A stretch of 64,000 bases of DNA from Macrostomum lignano (Eukaryota): assembly GCA_002269645.1 (NCBI GenBank), contig NIVC01001762.1, positions 1 through 64,000 of the forward strand, read 5' to 3'. The position numbers and the translations under genes were made by a program. Below are positions 46,291 through 59,600 of this stretch, in pieces. The stretch's first letter is position 1. The number at the start of each line of letters is the position of its first letter. The notes below the pieces were generated by a model. That model was not told the DNA's origin and searched no databases. It worked only from the letters and a program-made list of their open reading frames with translations.

Positions 46291-48189
46291 TGTTTACAGT
46301 ACACGCTACTATAGACTAAAGCAAGCAGGGATATCCTGATGCAGATTAATACAGATTGTGCAGAGGTGCCGTACAGCTAAATCTTGCAACTGCATAAAAA
46401 ATGGTTGGAATGTCCTTCGGAGACAAAGTTTTGCGCTATCCAGTTAATATCGCTGTTGTGCAGTAGTAACTGTGTCACCGCCCTCTTCAGTAAATTTGTA
46501 TCCGATTGTCTGTTTTTGCGCTGTTTTACTGCAACTTCAATTCAATTCGCATGCCTGTGCCCATCTGCGTCTGTGTCGTCTTTCACAAGCATTTTCTTTA
46601 ATCAACCCCCCTCTCTCTTCCCCGGATCGCATCCCCGCACATTCCTTTCTCCTTTCTCACATTCTCACAACTCTGTTAGTAACCTGCCCGCCTGCAGTCG
46701 GCCCACGTCTAATCTCAGCCGTCTTCTCCGTTCTCCTGTCTCTAGTCTCAACTCTCAATCTGTCTCTCAACTGTCACTGTTATTATTTCAATCTAAATCG
46801 GTCTTTCTCTCCCTCTTAACTCGCTCCAGTGCCGGGCCAATAGTTGCTGGATATCCACACACGCGCGCACGCATGGTGTAAGCTGTATTTCTCAATTGCA
46901 AACACTGCAGTCTTTTTGGTATTTTTTTACTCTCACGCGGAAGAAAGCATATATATATAATATATACCATTGCTAAATGAAACCGATTCCTGCTGCACTC
47001 AAGTCCACGCTGTACATTCCTCTCCCTATTGGCTATTGAATATCTATGTATTATTATTATGCTTAGACTAATCCGCCTCTCAATCCGTGGGCCGGCTTGA
47101 CCATTGCTTGCGCTGCTTTCAGTGCATTGCCACCTTTGTTTTACTGTGCGTAGAAGGCTGTAAAAGCAAGCACATATCCTGTACCACTGGCGTGTGGCAT
47201 GTATTCAAATATAATTTATGAAGGTACCGTGTCCGAGTCTACTGTTGCTAGGGACACCGAAACTTCCAATTTTCATTTGTATTCACAATGGAGCTTGGCC
47301 AAGTCTATCAAGCAGAAACGCTTTCTGCTCATTGTGACTGCTTTTTTCTGAATTTTGAAATAATTCTCTAATCTCACTGTGCTTCTGCATCTATTCTCTA
47401 ATCTCACTGTCTAACCTGTATGTCCTCTCTATCTCACTGTCTATCTGAATATATTCTCTAATCTCACTGTCTATCTGCATCTATTCTCTAATATCATTGT
47501 CTATCTGCATATATTCTCTAATCTCACTGTGCATCTGCATCTATACTCTAATGTCCCTGTGTATATGAATCTCCTCTTTAAATCTCTTACATCACTGCCA
47601 TCTACGAATCGAATCAAAAAGTGAATCAGATTTTCGTTAGAGCATTTCTAATGAGGCTACTGAAAGTAATATCGCAAGTGATTTTTGAAAACTTCCATAT
47701 TTTTGCTTTAATCTTACACTCTTGAAATTAAACTCAAACTTAAAATTTCCTTTGTCTGTCGAATTGTGTACAGAGGAATTAAAACAAATTTATACTGCCA
47801 ATATATTTACTAATTGGACATGCACAGGACAGGTCGATACTGAACACGCCAGACAATCAATATTACAGGGCATCGCCATGATTCAGCAGTGCAAACTATA
47901 ACAAAACGGGGCAACAGCGAGTGAGAGGTAAAATTTCTGATTAACGCGCAGCAACTTCCGAGGATAAAAACGCATGCATCGGCATTGGATAAAAAATATA
48001 ATGCAAACCAGTAACAACAATTTGTAATTACATAACAGTCAATAATTCAATGCCTCACTAGTGAAATTTCTCAGCATACAAGTATCATTAACTTATATAG
48101 CTGGCTCGGCACAGGGCAAACACGATTAGGGGTTTTGTTTGACGGATTAAATTAATCAGACCAGCCTGGGGATCTGGTAGGCTGGTGAT

Positions 48190-49015
48190 GGCCCAGCAAC
48201 TGAGGATCTGTGAAGCTGGCGGTGGCCCAGCAACTGAGGATCTGAGAGGCTGGCCCAGCAACTGAGGATCTGGGAGGCTCACCAACAACTGGGAAATTGG
48301 CGGTGGCCTAGCAACGAGAATCTGTGAGGCTGACTCAGAAACTGAGGATCTGGGAGGCGGCCCAGCAACTGAGGATCTGGGAGGCTGACTCAGAAACTGA
48401 GGATCTGGGAGGCTGGCCCAGCAGCTGAGGATCTGGGAGGCTGGCCCAGCAACTGAGGATCTGGGAGGCTGGCCCAGCAGCTGAGAATCTGGGAGGCTGG
48501 CCCAGCAACTGAGGATCTGGGAGGCTGGCCCAGCAGCTGAGGATCTGGGAGGCTGGCCCAGAAACTGAGGATCTGGGAGGCTGGCCCAGAAACTGAGGAT
48601 CTGGGAGGCTGGTCCAGCAACTGAGGATCTGGGAGGCTGGCCCAGCAGCTGAGGATCTGGGAGGCTGGCCCAGCAACTGAGGATCTGGGAGGCTGGCCCA
48701 GCAACTGAGGATCTGGGAGGCTGGCCCAGCAACTGAGGATCTGGGAGGCTGGCCCAGAAACTGAGGATCTGGGAGGCTGGCCCAGCAACGAGAATCTGTG
48801 AGGCTGACTCAGAAACTGAGGATCTGGGAGGCTGGCCCAGCAACTGAGGATCTGGGAGGCTGGCTCAGCAACTGAGGATCTAGGAGGCTGGCCCAGCAAC
48901 TAGGAATGTGGGAGGCTGGCCCAGCAACAGAGGATCTGGGAGGCTGGCCCAGCGACTAAGGGTCTGAGGATCTGGGAGGCTGGCCCAGCGACTAAGGGTC
49001 TGAGACAGGGGTGGC
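48190..49015. repeat. 28-bp minisatellite downstream of presenilin
   Basis: Unit GAGGATCTGGGAGGCTGGCCCAGCAACT. Confidence 0.93.
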
Positions 49016-49357
49016 CCAGTTTAAAGATTCAAAACTTGCTTAATGAACTGTGCTTGGCAGCTCATTATCGAGCATTAAATAAATATTAAACCTACCGCAA
49101 AACGTAACGAATTAACCAAGAACAAAAAATCGCTAGGAGAAAGCCTGCTAGATTAAATAGAATCGCAATCCAGATAGAAAATCACTGACACAATTTCTGA
49201 CACCGAGACTGAACGATGCAGGTTAAAACAGCAGAGTAAATAACAGGAGGAGAAAACTGGATTCTGGATTAACGTTAAAATCAGTGCGCCTAGAAAAACA
49301 GGGGGAAGAACCCAATACTACTTACTGAGTGTTACAGTCAGTAGTATCAGCAGATTT

Positions 49358-51002
49358 TCAGATGAAGAACTGCTGCGCAGTCAGGGCGTCAACAAACGGC
49401 GACACGATCAGGCTGGTGAGGAAGTAGAAGATGACGCCGAACGTAATGCTGATGGGCAGTGCGGGCAGGGCTCGACGGCCGATGGCCAGCAGCAACAGGG
49501 TGAGCGACAGGCCGATCAGGATGGCGAAGTAGCACGACAGGGTGGTGTTCCAGTCGCCGGCGCTGCTGGCCCTGCCAACCAGGATGGAGTAGAACACAAA
49601 GTCGCCGAGGCCCAACTTCACGCCGTGGCTCTCGTCATGGAAGGCCTTGTTGCGGACTCTGAGGCCGTTGCTGCCAGCTCCGGCTGCGTCAGGGCCGTCT
49701 GCGGATGACAGGCATTGGCATTTTCTACGTGCACTTTGATAATTGTAAGGCGGGTTAATAAACGCGCATTGAGTTTTGAGCGCGCATTGAGAGTTCTAAG
49801 CGCGTATTGAGAGTTCTTAGCGCGCATTAAGAGTTCTGAGCGCGCATTGAGAGTTCTTTAGTGCGCATTGAGAGTTCTAAGCGCGCATTGAGAGATCTGA
49901 GTGCGCATTGAGAGTCTTTAGCGCGCATTGAGAGATCTGAGTGCGCATTGAGAGTCTTTAGCGCGCATTGAGAGATCTGAGTGCGCATTGAGAGTCTTTA
50001 GCGCGCATTGAGAGATCTGAGCGCGCATGGGCAGTTCTGCAGCCCTTATACAAAAGCGCGGATTCGAGGAAGCGTGGAATGTAAGAAACGCATTATTTAT
50101 CGCATGAAATTAGGAGGCACATACTCGCAAGGCAACTAATTAGAAGCTGCTTTACACATTCATACACTAAAAGTACATCGCACTAGAAGTACTCTGTAAC
50201 TCTCTAAATTCGCACCTCCATCGTGACCGCCGCTAACACCGGCTTCTCCGCCGTCGCCGCCGCCTCCGTTGAGAACCTGGGCAGCCGCCTGGTGCTGCTG
50301 CTGGTGGCTGCCAGATTCGTCCAGATCGGATGACACGTTGCCGTCCTGCTGCTGCTGCTGCTGCTGCTGCTGCGGCTGCTCAGCGGTGCCCACAGACATG
50401 TAGGCGGCAGTTGTAGAGTAGATGAGGCTGGGAAACAGCGACTCGTTCCGCTCCTGGGCAGTTTCAACCAGCATTCTGAGCGGCCCCTTGGGGCAGAGCA
50501 CGGCCACCAGGTCCCAGATGCTGATCAGCACCAGCAGCACCCAGGTGGTCCATTCGGGTAGGAATTTGATGAACACCAGGGCCATGAGGGCGCTGATGAA
50601 GATTAAGTACATCTGCTGCAGCAGGAGGGGGCCCTTCCAGTGGATTGCCACCTGCGGGTAGGAATGCGGTTCAGCTACTACTACTAGTACTAGTATACTG
50701 TACTATTGATAATAACTGACTACACCTGCCCCAATTGGGCCAGATGTACAACCGACAGCTCAGCCGCAGCTATTGTGCGGCGCATCTGAAGGCTGCGTAT
50801 GACAGTTCAGTCCAAGGACTGGGGGGGGGGGTCGCCACACACACCTTCAATTACCCCAGCTAATGCTGGCACCTATTTAACAGCTGGGTGAACTGAAGCA
50901 ATGTAGAGTTAAGTGTCTTGCTCAAGGACACAAATTGTTCCAGTGGGATCGGGAATCGAACCCCGACCGTCAAGTCGTTAGTCCGACGCTCTAACCACTA
51001 GG

Positions 51003-51061
<59 letters not shown>

Positions 51062-51483
51062 GATACTACTACTACTGCTACTGATACTACTACTACTGCT
51101 ACTACTAATACTACTACTACTGATACTACTGCTGCTACTACTACTACACTACTACTGCTACTACTACTACTAATACTACTAACTACTACTCTACTACTAC
51201 TACTGCTACTAGTCTTACCACTACTAAGCACTCACCTGGCCAACCAGACCGAAGTTCCAGACGCACACAGCCATAGTGATGTAGTCGAAGGCCAAGTTCA
51301 GAGTGCTGAGCAATACTCCAAAGAAAATGAGGCTGAAGAAGAACAATATCAGCACGCTGGTGACGTACAGCCAGCCTTGGATCACTTTGTAGCAGCGCAG
51401 TTTGTACAGCACAATCAGCACGATGGTCATGACAATGACCAAGCCCAGGATGATCAAAGCATTCAGTATTGACTGCCAGACAA
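49358..51483 (-). CDS. PSEN: Presenilin (gamma-secretase catalytic subunit), TM2 to C-terminus; exons about 51483-51236, 50651-50216, 49698-49358; 5' exon(s) not found
   Basis: SILNAL...[10 protein letters not shown]...WNFGLVGQ|[35 protein letters not shown]...[25 protein letters not shown] (first catalytic Asp); [13 protein letters not shown] (GxGD Asp); ALPALPISI (PALP). Intron phases 0 and 1 are consistent. The 51483 acceptor is uncertain (51472 is an alternative). Confidence 0.93.
49765..50030. repeat. 20-bp minisatellite in the last presenilin intron
   Basis: GCGCGCATTGAGAGTTCTRA-like units, partly 40-bp dimers. Confidence 0.9.
50680..51012 (-). mobile_element. tRNA-derived SINE with CORE-like central domain in a presenilin intron
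   Basis: A box TAGCCTAGTGG, B box GGTTCGATTCC, then GTGTCCTTGAGCAAGACACTTAAC...CACCCAGCTGTTAAATAGGT, resembling the CORE-SINE motif TGTGACCTTGGGCAAGTCACTTAAC; flanked by (TAG)n. Confidence 0.75.
51005..51225. repeat. (TAC)n microsatellite
   Basis: Direct reading; explains the poly-Val ORF 50998-51231. Confidence 0.95.
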
Positions 51484-53669
51484 CTTTATTTGAATATTAG
51501 AGTTTATTAAAACTATCAACATTAAAGTTTTGCTATCTATCATGTATTAAATATTCATAGGCCATAGACATAGACTTCTAAATTAAGATTTATTACTAAG
51601 AAAAAAATCCAGATCTTTCATAAATTCTAATACCTTCACATAGGCAGTACCCTATCAAAAAAGTCTATAAATATAAGTTATTAGCACTAGGAGTATAGCC
51701 AAAGGGGGACACTAGAGATATCTCCCCCCCCCCCTAGATAGAAGAGGAGTTGTTTTATTGCCTTTGTATTTTGCTTCCATTTTCAACATTGGAGATAGAT
51801 TAATATTCTGTCCCCTCCTTTTAGGCCTAATATAAATCTTGACTACATGCTTGAATAGCACTATTATAGATTTTGATAATATTGAATCTCCTAAAATTGA
51901 TTGCATCACACCAAGCTTTCTATTTATCGTCTGTGTACTAGATGAATTTTAACACTGAATTCAATTGCACCACTTTGAAGTACACAGTGTGGAAGCATAT
52001 AGCACAAGACTTGATTCATATTGTATAATTGAATTGCTTACTTTAATTGTGACTGACACGGACTGAATGAGAAATAAATTACATCATGACTTTTACTCTA
52101 ACTGACATGATGTAAGTTGAATTATAAGTGCTATAATTCATATATACGCATATTGATCAATGAAAGCTAGCCCAGATGCAAACAGACAGAGCTGCTGAAG
52201 CAGCAACTACATTCAAATTTCAGTAGAATAATTTTTTTTTATTTTTTAAGCTTCATGATTAAAGCTTATAAAAAGGATCACTATGTGAAAAAAGTATTAT
52301 GCTAAACATAAAAGAAGCACAAGTTCAACTCAAGCATAAATGGAGCATCTTGTAAAACAAAAAATATTTATTGATAAATTGCTAAAATGTCAAGACTTGC
52401 TAAGAGAACTGCTAAGACATTGAGGCTTATGGAGGGATTTGCAGAGATGTTAAGGCTTATAGGGAATTGCTGGAATGGAATGTCAAGGCTTATGGGGGGA
52501 ATAGCTGGGATGTCAAGCCCTATGGGGGAATTACTAGGATATCAAAGGCTTATAGGGGAATTGCTGAGATGTCAAGGAGCATAGGTCCATTCTTTAATAT
52601 TTTCAGCCATAATTTTTATTTTCATTTTTGTGCTTCCCAAATAGGCTGGATTGCTAGTATCAGTATCAGTATCAGTTTCAGTATCAGTATCAGTAACTGA
52701 TCAGTATCAGTTAATAATAAAACAAAAAAATATTGACCATAAAGTTTGTTATAGGCCTAATGAAATCCATACAACTCATCATGTATAGGCCTATTTTGTT
52801 TATTATTATTATTAATATTATTATTTATTATTGTTATTAGACAATCAATAATTTATTGTCATATAATGCAATGAACAATTTTAGCTCTATGAATGCTATA
52901 TAAAGAGACAGATTTAGAAATATAAAATGAAGAGGGGAAAATTTTAACATAGCATACTGCATAACATAAGAGTGGAGGTGCTATAATATATTGAAACTAA
53001 AGATAAAATACCTTTTTGATAAAGAACTGAGCTGATAAACAATATAAAGTTATTTTAGTCAAGCAACTTTTATGCTTATGTTTTCTAGCACTTTTATTCT
53101 ACATCTTCACTGTTTTGGAGTTAATCACTTATAAATAGTTCAGAAAAAAAACTAGGACTGCCAGCCAAAAGGAAAAGGGGCGCCATCATTGCCAGCCACA
53201 ATTCCACAAAGGGGAAGTGGCCACCCCCTAAATAAATCTGCTCTTGAGAGATGGTAAGATGAGAATGGTAAATCTCCAAGCTAATCCTTCTAATAATCAA
53301 TGTGAAGATAGTGTTGCTATTCTTAGCCAGAGTGTAGACATTCAGCTTGCTAATCTATCTAGAGTTAAAATATCCGTCTCACAAACTGAAATCAACTCTG
53401 ATTGTCTGAAAAATAGTTTTTTTAACTCCGATTGTAACTTTTTTGAAAATTCTGGGCGTATTTGCCTACTTTATAGCTTTTTACATACAGTGATATGATT
53501 CATTTGTTTTTCTACCCAAACCCACGATAAACGGTTTTCGAAGAAACTATATAAGCTTGAAGTAAAAGCGCGCTTGAAGCTTCAAAATTGGTCAATTGGT
53601 CAATCTATTATTTATTCTACAGGTCGTCCGTTCGTTTTAAACTTTTAGCTCCACTTTTGGCCTGCTACT

Positions 53670-56600
53670 ATGGACAACACTAACTACCAGGGTAATATTT
53701 TGATGCGTGAATTATAATATAACAGTGCATTATATTCACATTGATTTCAATGATAGACAGCTATTTTTATTTTTATTTATATAATGTTTATACTTTGATT
53801 CCAAACATGTTTTTATTTTTGTTTCTATGCAAGACTTTGCTTTATTTTAGTAAAATTAAAAATTTAAAGTTGTAACTTTGAGGTTTGATGGCCTGTTTCT
53901 ATGTGTCTCAGTGTCTGCTTTATTTTAGTGAAATTAAATAATTTAAACTCGTACATTTGAGGTTTGATAGCTTTGTGAATAAGTTATTGAGTAAGGTAAT
54001 TGAAATCTTTTCTAAAAATAAAGCCATTTAATTATTATTTGTTTTGATTTAATTTTTTATATCGTTTATTGAATTCATTTATTAGATATAAAATAAAATA
54101 ATTTTCTTTTTTATTGTCATTGATTACCATTTGATTTATTTGACTGTTAAGAAGTATATATAGAAATAATTTTTGGCCAATGAAAATAATTGTATCACAA
54201 TATATAAAAAACTTCAGCCAATTTTCCGATTGTTTAAGTCACTTTCATTGCTTTACTTTGCTATAGTTTTACAGCAATTATACTTTTATTATTTTATAAT
54301 ATAATATGAGTATACTTTTATACTGCTGACTCATTTAGAATCAGTGATATATTATTCTAGTAGCCTTAAAAGTGCTAGCTAACAATTAAAAAAAAGGATT
54401 CTAGGACAAAAAATAGTTAATTTGATAGATTGACCTTAATTTAAGGCTTAAATAATTTAATTAGTGCCTTTGCATTGCATTAGAAAAATATAATTAACCT
54501 CAAGCTTATGAGCCCAACGCTAATACTGACTAGTGTAAAATAATTGCATTAGAAATCAAGCAAGTTGTAAAGATGGCAAAATATTTTCTACCTAAGGCAG
54601 CCATGAACAAGTATGCAGACAAGTTTTAAATCTAAGCTCCAAACCTAGACTTAGAATGTCTAAGTTTAAAGATAAATAAAAATCATTGGCACAGGGTCCC
54701 ACCAAGACTCAAACTTGGCATTCAGAGTTCTAAGTGCTACAACTTGGTAGCTTGTAGACCATTCGATGATTATTTTATTATGTAGCTATAGAACAGAAGA
54801 AAAATCCAAGTCAATTATTAAAGTTTGTTTACTGCCCTTTTTTTCTAAAAAATCCTAAGAGGTTTCCACTTTCTTGCTTTATAGATCCAGGTCTCTATGG
54901 TGACCAGGGCGATCATGGTGACAATGGGCTTGGAGATAGCCAACAGGAGGAAGCTGACAGACTGCAGGCCATGTCACCTGAGGAGCGAGAGCACCAGCGC
55001 AGGGAGTGGGCTCAGGAGCTGGAAAAGGTGATAATTCTGACCTTTTTTAAATTTGTGGTTATTTGTCCATTTCCTTGACCAGTTTGGGTCGCATCAATGC
55101 CCTTAGTGAGTGCCTATGACCATTATGACCCATGGGTCGCATTTATGACCATTATGACTCACAGGCCTCACCATTATGACTCGCAGGTCACATGATTATG
55201 ACCATTGACTCGCAGGCCTGACTATTATGAATCGCGGGTCACATGATTATGACCATTATGACTCACGAGTTACATGATTATAACCATTATGACTCACGAG
55301 TTACATGATTATAACCATTATGACTCACGAGTTACATGATTATAACCATTATGACTCGCGGGTCACATCTCTGACCATTATGACTCACGGGTCACATGAT
55401 TATGACCATTATGACTCACGGGTCACATGATTATGACCATTATGGCTCACGGGTCACATGACTATGACCATTATAACTCACGGGTCACATCTCTGACCAT
55501 TATGACTCACGGGTCATATGTTTATGACCATTATGACTCACGGGTCACATGATTATGACCATTATGGCTCACGGGTCACATGATTATGACCATTATGACT
55601 CACGGGTCACATCTCTTGACCATTATGGCTCACGGGTCGGAGTTCGAGTCTGTGTCCCAGTTCAATATGGACTGATCTTGTCAATTTTATCATTGAAATG
55701 CTTTATTATTGTGCCATATTGCTCTGGCTAATAATTGGCTTCCGGCTCTACAATACGGTATAAACGATAAGAAGGCTAGCTGTTTCTCGAAGTGTACCTC
55801 CGCCTCGGAGGGGAGGTCGGAGAGGTCGGTCTGAGCGGTGAATTATTGATGCAGAATATATTCACTGAAGACCCGACAGAACGGATTAATGGGCAGGCTA
55901 ATCCACTTGGACTTAAGGTTGGCTTTCATTTGCCTCTTAACTGCTTTCCGGCCGGGTTTCCATTCTTCACCCGGTTCCTTCGCGCTCTGTCGCTTCAGTC
56001 TGAGGAAGGGGATCGGAGACACAAGTCTGCGAATTCTGTCTGGTGTATCTAGTCTGTGGCGGCAAGATTAAAGTGAATAATTGTTTGTGTCTGTATTCTA
56101 TTTTAATAGTGCCACTCTTATTAAAATATCGAAAATAGTTAAAATTTGAAGATTTGTACGAAAAGGTAAGGACATGCAATGAAGATGAAGTTTAATCAAA
56201 GAATTAAAGAGGCTCTATTAACTAAAAGCGACATTCAATAGACCTGATCTATTCTAGCCTCTGGATTAGCGTAGCCTGATCTACTCGTATTCTAGCCTCT
56301 AAATTAGTGAAGCCTGCTCTACTCTAGCCTCTAGATTAGCTAAGCCTGATCTATTCTAGCCTCTAGATTAGCTAAGCCTGATCTATTCTAGCCTCTAGAT
56401 TAGCTAAGCCTGATTTATCTATTTTAGCCTCTAGATTAGCTAAGCCTGATTTATCTATTCTAGCCTCTAGATTAGCTAAGCCTGATTTATCTATTCTAGC
56501 CTCTAGATAAGCTAAGCCTGATTTATCTATTCTAGCGTCTAGATAAGCTAAGACTGATTTATTCTAGCCTCTAGATAAGCTAAGCCTGATTTATCTATTC

Positions 56601-59600
56601 TAGCGTCTAGATTAGCTAAGCCTGATTTATCTATTCTAGCCTCTAGATTAGCTAAGCCTGATTTATCTATTCTAGCCTCTAGATTAGCTAAGCCTGATTT
56701 ATCTATTCTAGTCTCTATATTAGCTAAGACTGATCTATTCTAGTCTCTAGATTAGCTAAGGCTGATCTATTCTAGTCTCTAGATTAGCTAAGACTGATCT
56801 ATTCTAGCCTCTAGATTAGCTAAGCCTGATCTATTCTAGCTTCTAAATGACTTAAAATTTCAATGACTTAGCTTTAGTAGACTGAAAACTGCAATGTTAT
56901 TTTTTTCCAATATGTTGCGTAATTCACTTTCGTATATACAAATTTTAAAGCTAAGCAACAATAGGAAAATAAGAAACTGAAGTTGGGACAAAAATGGCAC
57001 AGTGAACAGATTTTAAAATCCCATTTTACAGCGGACAAATCCTCCCTACCGCACGAGGGGTGGCTCGTTTTCTCTCCTTGGCTTTCACTCCCCCATTTTC
57101 CCATTTTTCTCTCGATCTGTGTGCGGCTTGGAGCGATTTGAGGGAAAATTGCTGGACCCGGGAAGTGGACCGTAGGGAGAGCAGAGGAGGGAGATTAGTT
57201 TGGTCCGCTTTACAACCGTCCGTCTTTCTCCTTCAGCTGCTCCTGCTGGTGCTTTATGCCAATATTTTATTTTTTTCATGATTCTGCCCTGACTTCTTTT
57301 GTGACGTGTTTGCCTTAATATATTCGTGCCGCTTGGTCCTCTTGGTTATTCATTTCGTCATTGTCTTGTACCTGATGCTTGCCCGCGTGTAAGAACTTCC
57401 CCACAAAAGGTCTGGATTCTCTAGGTGGTTATGACCTTATCTACTAAGGCAGTGGATACAGTGGATAACCTCACTTCTCCTCAGGTAATCATGGAAGGTA
57501 TGAATTCTCCCCAGTGTGTTACGGAGGGTATGAATACTCCTCAGTGTGTTATGAATGGTATAAATTCTCCTCAGTGTATTATAGATGGTATGAATTCTCC
57601 TCAGTGTGTTATGGAGGGTATGAATTCTCCTCAGTGTGTTATGGAGGGTATGAATTCTCCTCAGTGTGTTATGGAGGGTATGTATTCTCCCCAGTGTGTT
57701 ATGGAGGGTATGAATTCTCCCAGTGTGTTATGGAGGGTATGAATTCTCCTCAGTGTGTTATGGAGGGTATGAATTCTCCTCAGTGTGTTATGGAGGGTAT
57801 GAATTCTCCTCAGTGTGTTATGGAGGGTATGAATTCTCCTCAGTGTGTTATGGAGGGTATAAATTCTCCTCAGTGTATTATGGAGGGTATGAATTCTCCC
57901 CAGTGTGTTATGGAGGGTATGAATTCTCCTCAGTGTGTTATGGAGGGTATTAATTCTCCCCAGTGTGTTATGGAGGGTATGAATTCTCCTCAGTGTGTTA
58001 TGGAGGGTATGAATTCTCCCCAGTGTGTTATGGAGGGTATGAATTCTCCTCAGTGTGTTATGGAGGGTATGAATTCTCCCCAGTGTGTTATGGAGGGTAT
58101 GAATTCTCCTCAGTGTGTTATGGAGGGTATGAATTCTCCTCAGTGTGTTATGGAGGGTATGAATTCTCCTTAGTACGTTATGGAGGGTATGAATTCTCCT
58201 GAGTGTGTTATGGAGGGTATTAATTCTCCCCAGTGTGTTATGGAGGGTGTGAATTCTCCTCAGTGTGTTATGGAGGGTATGAATTCTCCTCAGTGTGTTA
58301 TGGAGGGTATGAATTCTCCCTAGTGTGTTATGGAGGGTATTAATTCTCCTCAGTGTGTTATGGAGGGTATGAATTCTCCCCAGTGTGTTATGGAGGGTAT
58401 GAATTCTCCCTAGTGTGTTATGGAGGGTATGAATTCTCCCCAGCGTATTATGTAGGGTATGAATTCTCCTCAGTGTGTTATGGAGGGTATGTATTCTCCC
58501 CAGTGTGTTATGGAGGGTATGAATTCTCCCAGTGTGTTATGGAGGGTATGAATTCTCCTCAGTGTGTTATGGAGGGTATGAATTCTCCTCAGTGTGTTAT
58601 GGAGGGTATGAATTCTCCTCAGTGTGTTATGGAGGGTATGAATTCTCCTCAGTGTGTTATGGAGGGTATAAATTCTCGTCAGTGTATTATGGAGGGTATG
58701 AATTCTCCCCAGTGTGTTATGGAGGGTATGAATTCTCCTCAGTGTGTTATGGAGGGTATTAATTCTCCCCAGTGTGTTATGGAGGGTATGAATTCTCCTC
58801 AGTGTGTTATGGAGGGTATGAATTCTCCCCAGTGTGTTATGGAGGGTATGAATTCTCCTCAGTGTGTTATGGAGGGTATGAATTCTCCCCAGTGTGTTAT
58901 GGGGGGTATGAATTCTCCTCAGTGTGTTATGGAGGGTATGAATTCTCCTCAGTGTGTTATGGAGGGTATGAATTCTCCTTAGTACGTTATGGAGGGTATG
59001 AATTCTCCTGAGTGTGTTATGGAGGGTATTAATTCTCCCCAGTGTGTTATGGAGGGTGTGAATTCTCCTCAGTGTGTTATGGAGGGTATTAATTCTCCTC
59101 AGTGTGTTATGGAGGGTATGAATTCTCCCTAGTGTGTTATGGAGGGTATTAATTCTCCTCAGTGTGTTATGGAGGGTATGAATTCTCCCCAGTGTGTTAT
59201 GGAGGGTATGAATTCTCCCTAGTGTGTTATGGAGGGTATGAATTCTCCCCAGCGTATTATGTAGGGTATGAATTCTCCCCAGTGTGTTATGGAGGGTATG
59301 AATTCTCCTCAGTGTGTTATGGAGGGTATGAATTCTCCTCAGTGTGTTATGGAGGGTATAAATTCTCCTCAGTGTATTATGGAGGGTATGAATTCTCCCC
59401 AGTGTGTTATGGAGGGTATGAATTCTCCTCAGTGTGTTATGGAGGGTATTAATTCTCCCAGTGTGTTATGGAGGGTATGAATTCTCCTCAGTGTGTTATG
59501 GAGGGTATGAATTCTCCCCAGTGTGTTATGGAGGGTATGAATTCTCCTCAGTGTGTTATGGAGGGTATGAATTCTCCCCAGTGTGTTATGGAGGGTATGA

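Noticed and set aside
53160-53245. Possible DNA-transposon end (GGGGTGGCCACTTCCCC-like)
   Set aside because: No partner TIR or TSD identified.
55858-55884. IFTEDPTER resembling presenilin PFTED as the missing 5' exon
   Set aside because: It is on the plus strand whereas presenilin is on the minus strand; chance similarity.
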